Shown here piece after piece: positions 1-11,886 of a DNA stretch of 64,000 nt; positions within the stretch are counted from its first letter, which is position 1; every line of letters begins with the position of its first letter. Both the position numbers and the translations under genes were made by a program. The notes beneath the pieces were generated by a model. The model saw nothing but the letters and a program-made list of their open reading frames with translations, made no database searches and was not told where the DNA came from. Origin of the DNA: Octopus bimaculoides (Eukaryota); contig NC_068986.1 of the NCBI RefSeq assembly GCF_001194135.2, forward strand, positions 63,496,700-63,560,699. The letters are read 5' to 3'.

Positions 1-400
1 AGTCATCGCCTCGGTGAGGCCCAATGTACGAAGGTCTTGCCTCACCACCTCAGCCCAGGTCTTCCTGGGCCTACCTCTTCCACGGGTTCCCTCAACTGTT
101 AGGGTGTGGCACTTTTTCACGCAGCTATCCTCCTCCATCCTCACCACATGTCCATACCAGCGCAATCGTCTCTCTTGCACGCCACAACTGATGCTTCTAA
201 TGTTCAGCTTTTCTCTCAAGATACTTACACTCTGACGGGTATTCACATTGACATTACACATCCAACGGAGCATACTGGCTTCATTCCTTGCGAGCTTACG
301 TATGTCCTCAGCAGTTACAGCCCATGTTTCACTGCCATGTAGCATGGTTGTTCGCCTAGGGCTAAATAGCAGTACTATTATTCCCTTCATGGGACTGTCA
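1..400 (-). mobile_element. RTE-clade LINE, 3' ORF fragment (runs off window edge)
   Basis: Minus-strand translation VQERRLRWYGHVVRMEEDSCVKKCHTLTVEGTRGRGRPRKTW is the typical post-RT C-terminal region of RTE LINEs. Confidence 0.85.
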
Positions 401-454
401 CATTAAGTTGACAGCATACAACTACTTCATATATATATATATATATGCATATAT

Positions 455-1333
455 TGGGGGGTACCCAAAAGTAACCAGAAACATTCTCTGTGGGACAAGC
501 CCGTTGTAGTTCAGGTTTCTGCCACTAGAAACCACTTGATGCAACTCTCAGACATCAGTCTGCTGACCAGCATTGTCCAGTGGGGTCATACTGTCATGTA
601 GCGGGTCTTTGTTTTGCAGTGCTTCTTCCCTTCTCATTGATTTTTGCAATGGCTGAAACGAAGGAACAACATGCTCCCATGAAGTTCCGTTTTCTGTTGG
701 GGAAAACGGTAGCTGAAACAGTTGTCATGCTTCAAACAGCTTACACTGACATGAACAAAACACAAGTTTACAAGTGGCTTTCACACTTTAAGAATGGTCA
801 CTTATTACTTGAGGACCAACCTCATTTAAGGTGACTGTTGACCTCCTGAACAAAGGAAAACATCATGAAAATTCATGAACTGATCTCAGAGACCGTCACC
901 AAACAATTAATGAACTTTTTGATATGACTGGTGTGTCCTGGAGCTCCTACAATGAATTTTGAGTGAGGAATTGTAAATGTAGAGTTGCAGCAAAATTTGT
1001 GCCTTACCTGCTCACAGAAGATCAAAAGCTGTCACAACTGAATATATGTCATGAACTGAATGAACAGTTGAAAGCTGATCCGGACTTTTTTTCAAAGTTC
1101 ATCACTGGTGACAAAAGCTGGTGCTATGGAATTTGCAGATGTGGAAGAGGTGAAGAAAAAAAGGACCAAGACATTAAAAGGCATCACTTCACAAGAGTTC
1201 CAGCACTGCTTCAAACAGTGGAAAACATGTCTGGACCGATGCATTGCTTCAAGCAGAGAATACTTTGAAGGCGATAAAAGTGTAAACATGAAAAACTAAG
1301 TGAATAAAATAATATTGCAAAATTCCTGTTACG
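455..1333 (+). mobile_element. mariner transposon, internally deleted relic
   Basis: Left TIR GGGGGTACCCAAAAGTAACCAGAA after a TA run. HTH region EQHAPMKFRFLLGKTVAETVVMLQTAY; linker AKFVPYLLTEDQK; first catalytic motif FITGDKSWCYG joined to C-terminal FADVEEVKK...FQHCFKQWK...EYFEGD. Partial right TIR TTCCTGTTAC. Confidence 0.9.
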
Positions 1334-1984
1334 GTGTGTATTTTTCGACTATTTTCCACTTTATCATATTCAGTGTGGCATTTGACTTCTAACCTCATAC
1401 ATGGCATATAAAATATAAGCTATGCATAGCTGAAAGAACTTAGATCCTTTTCAGAGATAAGATCTCTAATACTGCTGAATTCTAGATCTGAAACTTTCAG
1501 CTGTTGTAAGCATATGGATAAGTTCCTGTTGACAAATTGGAAAGTGCCACCCTCTTCGGATTGAACAACTGTACTGCAGACTCTAAGCCACTATCTTTTC
1601 AGCAATATCTTTTATGGTCTAAGGGTAAATAACTCTAATTTTGCTTCTTTCTGTTTTCTTTCTCAACCTTCCATCTTTTATATCTTCTTTCTCGCTTTTC
1701 CTCTTATTTTTAGTTCATTATGCAATGTGAGCAGTGCTTTATGATTGTGCTAGGATACCAGATGCTCTCAGCACATAAAAACATATATTGTGTTTATCTC
1801 TCACCAGATGGAGTACTTTTTTTGTTGATCATACTATCATGGAACATTATACTTATATATAGTGTTGCTAAATTTAAGTTTACATAAAAGTAAAAGAAAA
1901 CACAATTTCTCACCGAAAAATAAAAGTATTTTAAAAAATCAAGAAATATCAACTAGATTATGGCTAGGAAATAATAGTCTACTC

Positions 1985-2610
1985 AAAGTAGCCACCCTCA
2001 GCTTCCACCAGGATTGCAAGACAGCTCAAGAACCTGATGCATACATTCTTCACTGTCCCTGGGAAGATCATCAAGCATTTCCTTGGTGTTGTAGGAAGAG
2101 CAAATAGTATCTTTCTCAACTACACCCCACACACAGTAATTCATGGAATTACAACTGGGGAATTAAGAAGCCAGAAATTGGGGCAAGTGAAGTCATAGAA
2201 ATTCTTCTGAGTCTTTCTGGCGCTATGGCAAGGTGTCAAATCCCACTGCCACACATATGGCCTTGCAACAGCAACCCTCTGAAGCCAAGGATTGACCAGT
2301 TTCCAGTAATTTCATATAACTGTCTGAATTGAGCTTATAGCCTTGTTCAAAGATGTGGGGGATGAACTCCAGCAGATCACCTGCTGGTTATAGGTTTGTA
2401 GTCTCCATTGTAGCTGTCCATGGCATGTTTTACAGCATTTGCAAAGTCCACAGAGCATTGAGCAGTAGTCATGATGTTGACATTTAGACACTTGGCATGA
2501 ATCATCATGATACTGGTAAGTCTTTTCCAATATTCAGATGGCTTCCAGTCCTCCATGCCAGCTAATTTTTCCTCAACTACAGCTTTAATTTTTATACTTT
2601 CCAACACTGT
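1985..2610 (-). mobile_element. Tc1/mariner transposase relic, internally deleted
   Basis: N-terminal MEDWKPSEYWKRLTSIMMIHA...MDSYNGDY; C-terminal SCNSMNYCVWGVVEKDT resembling the SPDxNPxDYxVWGxVE region. Confidence 0.7.
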
Positions 2611-2624
2611 TGACTGTCCACCAA

Positions 2625-2974
2625 TAACCATCCACGAACACAATGCTTAAATAGCCACCAAGTTTAGCAGTGTAACACTATTGGATAGACCAATTTACAT
2701 ATTAAATTCATTCCTAGCAATTGGTAAAGGACACCATATTTTGTTTGGCAACCATAGTATACTGCTAAGTATATTAAAACTCAATACTTTATCCAACTTT
2801 TTGTGTTAGCAGTGTGATTCAATCACTATTAAGTTATCTCTACATGTTTTCAATAGAATTTAAAAGTAGCACTGAAAATTGTCAAGAATGTGTTTAACAT
2901 GTAAATTGGTCTATCCAACAGTGTTACACCACTAAATTTAGTGGCTCTTTAAGCAATGTGTTTGTGGATGATTA
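2625..2974. mobile_element. MITE-like element with ~98-bp imperfect inverted repeats
   Basis: 2625-2722 is the reverse complement of 2877-2974 (e.g. GTGTAACACTATTGGATAGACCAATTTACAT vs ATGTAAATTGGTCTATCCAACAGTGTTACAC). Confidence 0.75.
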
Positions 2975-3929
2975 GCAAGCTGGATGTGGTGATGAAGAAG
3001 GAGCAGTAACTCCTGAAAAATGTATATATACCTATTACCTGTTTTTCTGTCTTTGATCACATTGTTTATATAGTCATATTCATTTGCAAAACATTGTCAC
3101 TTTCAGTGCTGGCTCTAACTTCTATAGAAAATTTGTAGAGGTAATTTTTAAAAAATGATTGAATTGCACTGATTAAACAAAAAGTAGGAGACAATATTGA
3201 CTTGGCAGTATATTATGGTTGCAAACCAAAATACAGTGTCCCCGTCAACAATTAATAACTTCTACAAGTATAACAATGGAAGCTGCTTAATATAATCATG
3301 GAATCAAGGGTAATGTTATCAAACTGTTATTGTTATCAAAATTAAAGGGTCCTAAACACATTCAAGATATTGTTATATTTTTCGTTTAATGTTGTCAACT
3401 GGTTATTCTTATGTAAATGGCATCATCCCAAAGTAAGCGTAAGTGACTTTCACTATGCATATGCAATAAATACACACCGAGAAATACACACAATTCTCAC
3501 ACTAGTTCTTCTCTTTGTGCATGTGTGTGTGTACATATATATATTTGTATGTAAGTATGTATGCAAGCATGTATTCACACATATGTTGTCAACTTAAATT
3601 TAACTTAATATTTTCCAATTTTACCATGATACTTTCTGACTCTTACATGACAGGCAAATAGCCATTAATAAAGCTTGTAAAAAAATTGAATAAGCTGTGT
3701 GCCAATGAAGAGGGTGAACTTTGGCATTTACATATTGACAGTGAGAGTGGAAGGGTGAGCTGGTTTCTTTGAAGATTTTAAGATACATAAATAAATATAT
3801 GACAATGTTTAGTTTAAGAGGTTCTGTGAGAAGTTTTAAAAAGAATGTTTATGTGACACCAGAATAATTAAGTTTATTTAAGGAGAATAGGAGTACCACC
3901 ATCACCACTACTACTACTAAGAAGAAAAA

Positions 3930-4110
3930 TTGGGGCACAAGGCCAGCAATTTCAATGGGACTGAGAAGTTGATTACATTGACTCCAATATTTGACTGGTG
4001 CTTATGTCAAACCTGAAAGGATGAAAGGTAGAATATGAACTCAGAAGATAAGAAGTCAGAAGAAATACTGTTAAGCATCTTTTCCAATGTTCTATCAATT
4101 CCGTCAGCTT
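3930..4110 (-). mobile_element. tRNA-derived SINE family A (Meta-domain-like), decayed
   Basis: GGCACAAGGCCAGCAATTT...GAAAGGATGAAAGG is the reverse complement of the copies at 5170-6170. Confidence 0.7.
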
Positions 4111-4699
4111 GTTGCCTTACAACTGTAGCAACAGCTGTTGATGTTGTTGTTGCTGCTGCTGCTGATGATGATGATGATGTTGGTTATATAAAAAAGGACT
4201 GCATACACCAGTGTCAGACCAACCTGGGACCAAAAGGACTGCCAATGGTTTGATCCCTTCCCAAAACACAGGAATGAAGCCTCTCTTTAAGAGGATAATT
4301 CCCTTCACACACGCATCTTTCTCTGTTAAAGTTAAAAAACAAGGGAAAAAAAACAAGGACATTATTGAGATCTATTACACTGCAATGTACATTTTATCAA
4401 GTAGATCTAATACAAAAAAAATACTTAAACTGGAGGAAAGAAAAAAAACTACCAATAAACCATACATAGATAGCAATAAATTAACTAATGTCCACAGGAA
4501 AATCAAGAATAAGCTGTTGACTCCAACAAATTCAAATGTATGTTCAGACCAATAGTCATGCAAAGGAGAAGGCAAGTAAAAGCAAGTTGAGTGTTTTACT
4601 GTGAATGTTATTTTTGACTATCAATGATATTTTATAAGGAAAGGAGATCAGATTCTAATAACTAAGATTCTGTTAGATTTGTAATATTTCGATTTTGAG

Positions 4700-4960
4700 A
4701 GTTTTAAAAGAATCAGGTATTCTCAAGCTGATTGTATTGTTCTTAGGGTGTAGGCAATACTCATAAGAACAATTTTTCGTAGTTCTGATACTTTGGGATT
4801 TCCTTGTATTTGGTAATAGTGTTTAAGAGTGGCCTTTGGTATCTCAAAATCTCCAATGATCACAGTTACTGTTATTGTTCTAAGATACTACATGTTTAGA
4901 AACATCTATTTCAAGGTCCTTGCATTTTCTTAACTTTTCAAATGATTTTTTTCACAGAGG
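4700..4960 (-). mobile_element. R4/Dong-type RLE LINE 3' fragment
   Basis: Minus frame TITVTVIIGDFEIPKATLKHYYQIQGNPKVSELRKIVLMSIAYTLR matches the C-terminus of RLE-type LINE proteins. Confidence 0.65.
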
Positions 4961-5169
4961 TGTTGCAGTCTACTGGGATTGACATTTTTTGTCAATATTA
5001 CTTTTTACCACAATATTGGGTCTAATATCATTATTTTTATAGCTATTATTATTATTTTCTCTTTATCACAGGTTTTGTTGGGGCTCCTGGAGTCTTGCAT
5101 GTGTAGTGGGTTACTACCTGCAGCCTACAGTACCATGCTATTCGTTCTTTTCAGCTATCTAATATTTTC

Positions 5170-5625
5170 CTGGTTATTCTGGCTGGCAGAATCATTAGCA
5201 TGCCAAACCTGGCAGCATTTCGCCCAGCTTTATGTTCTCACTTCAAATGCTGCCAAGGTTGACTTTGCCTTTCATCCTTTCAGAGTCGATAAAATAAGTA
5301 CCAGTTAAGCACTGGGGTTGATGTTATTGACTTAATCCCTCACCCCACAAAATTGCTGACCGTGTACCAAAATTTGAAACCACTCTTCTTATTATCACTA
5401 AAGTGATGAGCAGGCAGAATCATTAAGTATGCTGAGTAAAATGCTTAGCAGTATTTCACCCATCTTCACATTCTGAGTTCAAATTCTGCCAAGGTTGACT
5501 TTACCTTTCATCCTTTTGGGGTCAATAAAATGAATACCAGCTGAGCACTGGGATTGATATACTTGACTAACCCCTTCCTCCTGAAATTGCTGCCCTTGTA
5601 CCAAAATTTGAAACCATTATTATTG
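5170..5625 (+). mobile_element. two tandem SINE family A copies
   Basis: Repeated GGCAGAATCATTAGCA...AAGGTTGACTTTGCCTTTCATCCTTT...GTACCAG...GCACTGGGG...CCAAAATTTGAAACCA with ATT tails. Confidence 0.85.
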
Positions 5626-5689
5626 CCATTGTTATTATTATCATTTTTTATATTAGTTAGGAAGGATGTTGTCTTGAGGTTTGGTAGCA

Positions 5690-5930
5690 ACAAATCTTTT
5701 TAAATCTAAGAATTTTCCTTCAGGTTCTTGCAGAATATACAATTGCACTATTCTGCAAGTTGACAGAATGAATCTAAATTCCAATATCCTTCAGTTTCTT
5801 AGGGCCAAGTGCACCAATTACTACAGGAATAATTTGTCATTTTAGTCTTCTCCATTTTCTCAATTTCTTTGGTATCCATTCTATTATCATATGGTATTGC
5901 AAAGTTTAAGGTCTTACTTATACTGCTTAA
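5690..5930 (-). mobile_element. R4/Dong-type RLE LINE 3' fragment
   Basis: Minus-strand FAIPYDNRMDTKEIEK...IIPVVIGALGP...NLQNSAIVYSAR remnants. Confidence 0.6.
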
Positions 5931-5944
5931 TTTTATTATTATTT

Positions 5945-6170
5945 AGGTGGCAAGGCCAGTAGAATTGTTAGTTTTCTGGACAAAATGCTTAGTGGCATTT
6001 CATCCATCTTTACGTTCTGAGTTCAAATTCCATCAAGGCTGATGTTGCCTTTCATCCTTTTGGAATCAATAAAATAAGTACCAATTGAGCACTGGGGTCA
6101 ATACAATCGACTGCAACCCTCTCCATAAATTTTGGGCCTTGCACTTATATGCCTATGGTGGAAAGAATTG
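5945..6170 (+). mobile_element. SINE family A
   Basis: Same body as 5170-5625, ending in an (ATC)n tail. Confidence 0.8.
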
Positions 6171-7099
6171 TCATCATTGTCATCGTCATCATCATCATCA
6201 TTATTATCATCATCATCTTCCTCATTCATGTTTAACACAACTTTGCACTGGTACTTGTATCAAAGTGTCTGCTGTCTGCAACCAGTTGGCTAAAGTAACA
6301 TTATTCATTCAGATTTTGAGACTTCTACTGAGGATTCATTCATGTAGTCACAAGCAACACTGTGTCCATGGTACTCAAAGCTCAAACACTCACCTTCCTC
6401 AATGACCATAGTCATTTTATTTCCCATTTCAAATCCTCATATCTAACTCATATCTCTTCTTTTTTTGATAACCTGTTACCACTAGAGATTACAATACAAG
6501 ATTTTCCTTCTTTATTCACAACCATTATATCCAGTTTCAGCATTCAAATTCATGATCACATTCAATCATTACATCCCACAGTACCTTTACCTTGCCATTC
6601 CTCAGTAACTCTTTCAGAGGTTTGTCTATACCACATTTTTGCTCTATTCAATCCACACTTGCCACACAACTTCCAATGAATCATTCTTATGACATTATTT
6701 GCAGGGTATGATTTCTGCTATTTCTAGCGAGTCAGGTGGCCCTGTCAAATAGCGGTTCTCAAATCAACAGGTACCAGCTGAACCATCCCTTCCTCTCCAC
6801 CCCAGCCCCCAAAAATTATTAGTGAAAACTTTGGATGGTGACAGTGGCTCTGCTGCCTCCACCACCACTGCTTATTTAATAATGAAAATACAAAATAGTT
6901 TGCATTTGTATAAATTCTTGTTTTTGCTATGTTCTTGGACAAGTATAAAAGTTTAAAACAATTTTAATTTTTGTTAAACAATTTTCTACATACTAATCCC
7001 CATCGCTGTTAATCCCAGCAGGGATGGAGGATCAGGATTTGTCTTTAGCAGTGTGAGTGCAATACTACTAAAGAGGGTATAGAATACTTGTGCATATCT

Positions 7100-7103
<4 letters not shown>

Positions 7104-7149
<46 letters not shown>

Positions 7150-7165
7150 ATGTGTGTGTGTACAT
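7104..7165. repeat. (TG)n microsatellite
   Basis: Direct dinucleotide run. Confidence 0.95.
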
Positions 7166-7349
7166 GTGTGTACGCATGTATGTGCATGTGCAAGTAGGAT
7201 GTGAAATATGCATGGTTTTGTTGTTTAGCCCCAGGTCATGCCTGATTAAACCAATCCATCATCAAATCCATTCCATTTCTGCCATGACCAACTTGTCATT
7301 TTAGAGGCATGTATGATGGTGATGATGATGATGATGTATATTTTTCATT

Positions 7350-7525
7350 TACACACACACACATGACAGATTTCTTTCAGTTCTATTTACTAAATCCACG
7401 CACAAGTCTTTAGTCAGCCTGAGGCTATAGTAGAAAATATCTGGCCAAGGTGTCACACAGTGGGAATGAACCCAGAACCATGTGGTTGGGAAGCAATCTT
7501 CTTACCACACAGCCATGCCTGCACT
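7350..7525 (-). mobile_element. tRNA-derived CORE-type SINE family B
   Basis: Reverse complement carries TGGCTGTGTGGTAAGAAG A-box head and CCTTGGC/GCAAG core, as in 22285-22445. Confidence 0.75.
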
Positions 7526-7665
7526 TATGTGTATGTCTATATAATTCAATATCTCTTTTTCTTTCCTATGTTAATAGGATAGCTTATGAGTGTACATACA
7601 TATATACACTAATGGAAGTACTTCTGTGTGTATGTTTATATTCATGTAATTCTTGTGTTTGCACT

Positions 7666-7702
<37 letters not shown>

Positions 7703-7881
7703 ACATCGTCATCTTCATCAACATCAGCAGCAGCAGCATCTTTCTGTATATCCATTAATACTGTGAGTCGTAGTATATGCATCAGTGCTTGTAATGTTTA
7801 TACATCTATACAAATGGGAGTACTTGCATATGTATCAGTTTGTGTGTGGGTATATTTACATGTATACTAGTGGGAATACAT

Positions 7882-7983
<102 letters not shown>

Positions 7984-8310
7984 GTGTACTTCTGCGAGTA
8001 TTTGTGTACATTCATGCATATAACAATAGGTATACATGTTCATATGCATTTTATTTAGTGAAAGTACTTGCATATGTACGTATGTAAGTGTCTGTATGTT
8101 TATATATATACATTATATATATATATAATGAAAATACTCATGTTTATGAGTGCTTGTTATGTTAGAATGTATAATAGTGGAAGTACTGATATGCATGTAT
8201 ATGAGCTTGAATTATACATGCATTTCTGTGTGCGTGTGTGTGTGTGTATTTGTATATATCCTTTTGAGAATACTTGAGTGTATCTGTGTATGTGTTTAAA
8301 TTAAATTATG

Positions 8311-8361
<51 letters not shown>

Positions 8362-8469
8362 GATTGCTGGTAGGATTGCTTAGAAGTGGGGGAGGAAGCA
8401 GAGGCAGAAGGTTAAGTGTATAAGTGTATTTAAATTGTGATGGGGAGGGTTGTACACCCACCATCATCA

Positions 8470-9300
8470 CCACTACATCAATATCCCCACGACATCATCA
8501 AGAACTGTAGCAATAACAACAACATCATCTAGACTGCTCCACCAACAAACCATCACCATCCCCATCACTATCATCACAAAAGCAACAATAGTAAAAGAAT
8601 AAGCAGCAGCAATAGTGAGGGAAGAGGAAGAGATGGAGATGGAAAGCAGAAAAGATAAAGGAAAGAGAAGCAGTAGCAAGATGAGGTGAGAAGACAGAGA
8701 GGAGAAGGAAGAAGAAGGTGAAGAAGAGAAACAAGAAAGAAAAAGGGAAAATAGTGACAAAGAAGAGCAAAAACATAGAAAAATAATAATTAAGATGATG
8801 AAATAGATGATGATGATGGTGATGATCATGATTATGATGATGATGGTTATGATGATAATAACAACAAACATAATAAGGATGATGATAATGATAATAAAAC
8901 ATGCTACTGCTGTTGATGATGATGATGATGATGATGGTGATGAGGATGATAACAACAACAGTAGCAATGATTATAACGATGAAGATGGTGACAGAAACAA
9001 GGATGCTACTGTTGATGATGACGATTATAAAGTTAATGACAATGATACCAACAAAATGATGATGGAGATGATGATGACAACAATGACAACAACAATGATG
9101 ATGACATGAATGAAATGATGATGATACAAGGAGGAGGAGAAGATGGCGTCGATGGTAATGATGATGGTGACAACAATGAGGATGAGGATGATGATGATGA
9201 TGACAATGATGATGACAACAAAGAAGAACAAGAAGCAGTTTCTCCTGCACAATCAGATAAAAAACAAAAACAAAAAAGGCAGAAAAACTGGAAATGATGA
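8470..9300. repeat. trinucleotide mosaic low-complexity tract (GAT/AAC/GAA/AAT)
   Basis: About 830 bp of interspersed triplet repeats. Confidence 0.9.
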
Positions 9301-10054
9301 GGATAAAAGTATGTGATGTGATTGGTGATAACTTCAGCTTTGGTGTCTGTCTCGCAGCTGCATTCAAGTTACCATGACAACACAGGTGGCCGTGTTCTAG
9401 GGTATCTTACTCCGGATGACTCATCATTTTGGCACCCAAACATCTGTGTGACAGTCTCATGCTGCAGACGATGTCACAGACACTTACAGACCCATGGCTG
9501 CAGACGAAGGAAATTATACTTTCGCCCCATCCCTACTTCCATCATACAACTGTCTCCATGATATATGACAAACTAACTATCAAGTGAACGAGGGAGCTTG
9601 TATGTAATCACTAAAAATAACGGACAGACCTCCCTCAAAATCACATTTTATCTTAGAAAAGTCATATGTTGGAAAACACAGCCCTGGATTCCCTGCACAA
9701 AGGAAACAGATAGGATGATTGCAGTCTTTGAGCATAGATCTAATCAATCAAGGCTGATCTGGGATTAAACAACAGCAATAAGCAAACGTACTGCATTATA
9801 TAACACCAGGCAGTGTCACACTGCATCCTCCTACAACACCTCACAACATCATGTTTCTATGCAGTTACCTGAACTGCTAGAAATAACTGCTAAATCCCCA
9901 TCAAATCACACCTTACTCTCTTTGAAGAAAGAGACATTGAATAACGTAATCCAACATAAATCTAAAAGAAGACAAGATTGTCATGAAACTGGACTGCTTT
10001 TGATCAGAGGTCTGTTCTGTCAGGGTTCACCTAGGACTAAACAACACTAATCAA

Positions 10055-11470
10055 CAAAACAAGAAAAGTGCACGAGGCATCACAGGTGAAAGATTACACT
10101 ACTTAGGTGAAATGGTAAGCGACATTACATTCCGCGATAAAACCTGTAAAGCAAAAGTGTTTATATTAAAAAATGCAACAAACTTGTTTGGTACTGACTG
10201 GATGGAGTTGTTTGATTTATGGGACCCCCACCCATAATTCTGTTCTGTAAAACCATAAATGATTGTTCCTCCAGTAAGAATAAGGCATCAGATGAATTGA
10301 AGAAAAATTAACTGCTTTTCCAGAAGTGTTGTCTGATAAATTGGGTTTGTGTACTAAGACTGAGGCATGTTTCCAAATTAAGGAAAATACCAGTGTTCAA
10401 ATCAAAAAGAACAGTACTTTTTGTTGCAATAAAACATACCGATGAAGAATTAGACAGATTAGAGAAAATTGGAATCATCCAAAAAGTAGAATATGCAAAA
10501 TGGGCAGCTCCAGTGGTGTGTATTAAAAAATAGAATAACAAAATCAGGGTGTGTGCCGATTTTTCTACTGGCTTGAATGAATGTCTGAAAACATGTCACT
10601 ATCCGCTATCTACTCCGGAGGATATTTTTGCAAAGTTAAACGGGGACAAGATATTTTTGATACTGGATCTCTCCGATGCATACCTACAAATTAGAGTAAA
10701 CAAGAAATGCTCAAAATACCTAACAGTGAATACTCGTAAAGGACTATATAAATATAACAGATTACTATTTGGTCTAAAGGTCACACCTGCAACTTTTCAA
10801 CAGGTTATGGATGCAATGTTAGCGGACTGTGATTTCACAATTCCATACCTGGATGATATATTAATTAAAAGTGAATCTCATGATCAGCATGTTGAGCATG
10901 TAAAATGTGTTTTTGAAAAAATAAGAGATTTCACACTGAGGAAAATTGTGAATTTTCCTTAGCTAAAATTAAGTTTTTAGGACAAATTATCAACAGGAAT
11001 GGACGATGACCAGACCCATCGAGGGCAAACACAATTAAAAATATGCCTCCCCTAACTAATATAATGACCTTACAAGCTTTTCTAGGTCTAGCAAATTATT
11101 ATCAAAATTATATACCAAATATGCATGAATTGAGAGCTCTGCTAAATAATTTGCTAAAAAATGATGTAAAGTGGAATTGGTCAAATAGTTGTCAAAAGAT
11201 GTTTGATGATATTAAAAAAATATTAATACCAGATTTGTCCCTGGTTCATTTCGATCCTGCAGCAGAAATTGTTGTAGCTTCTGAATACAGTATAAGAGCA
11301 GTAATGTTACACAAATATAAAGATGGTAATATGAAGGAGGTAGTTCATGCCTCACATTCTCTGATAGTGGCAGAGAAAAACTATAGTCAAATACAGAAAG
11401 AAGCTCTAGTGATCATTTTTGCCATCAAGAAATTTCACAGATTTTTGCACAAGATTTGTACACATACAGA
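10055..11470 (+). mobile_element. Ty3/Gypsy pol relic (protease-RT-RNase H), no integrase or LTRs visible
   Basis: Protease tail NLFGTDWMELFDLW; RT WAAPVV...IRVCADFSTGLN...LDLSDAYLQ...FQQVMD...YLDDILI; RNase H LQAFLGLANYY...NYSQIQKEALVIIFAIKKFHRF. Stops and frameshifts present. Confidence 0.93.
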
Positions 11471-11860
11471 AGTTTATCAATGGGCATTTTGATTTTTCTC
11501 TGCATGAACATTTATTATATTTATTTGTATATATGGTGGTTCTGACTTCCTTTTCCGACATTGTTACCATGTTAGCTATATTGCAATCATTTCTACTATA
11601 ATGATTTGGGCATATCTGGTGCCTTTCATTGTGGTTTACATCTCCTTTGTTAGTATTTTGATGCATGTTTTCTAGTTCTAGTAGGTGGGTTATTTGATGA
11701 ACTGTTATTTTAACAAGCTATATCTATTTATCACCCGAAGAGACACGTCTGCACCATCAGATACTCCTGAACCAGCTGATTGAGGTTAGATGAGTCAAAA
11801 CAATTGTAGTGATTAATAGAAATTCTTGTATCTTCTATCTTCTGTCTCTCATTAACCAAA
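11470..11860 (-). mobile_element. Penelope-like element relic with opposite-strand hammerhead-like motif
   Basis: Minus-strand KCSCREKSKCPL resembles the CxCRxxxxCPL motif preceding the GIY-YIG domain of PLEs; plus-strand CTGATTGA...AAAACAATTGTA at 11776-11808. Confidence 0.5.
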
Positions 11861-11886
11861 TATACATACATACATACATACATATA

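Noticed and set aside
8473-9367. 280-aa and 164-aa ORFs (His/Cys/Ile/Ser-rich) and Asp/Met-rich plus-strand ORFs
   Set aside because: Artefacts of CAT/ATC/TCA triplet mosaics, which lack stops; no domain-like sequence.
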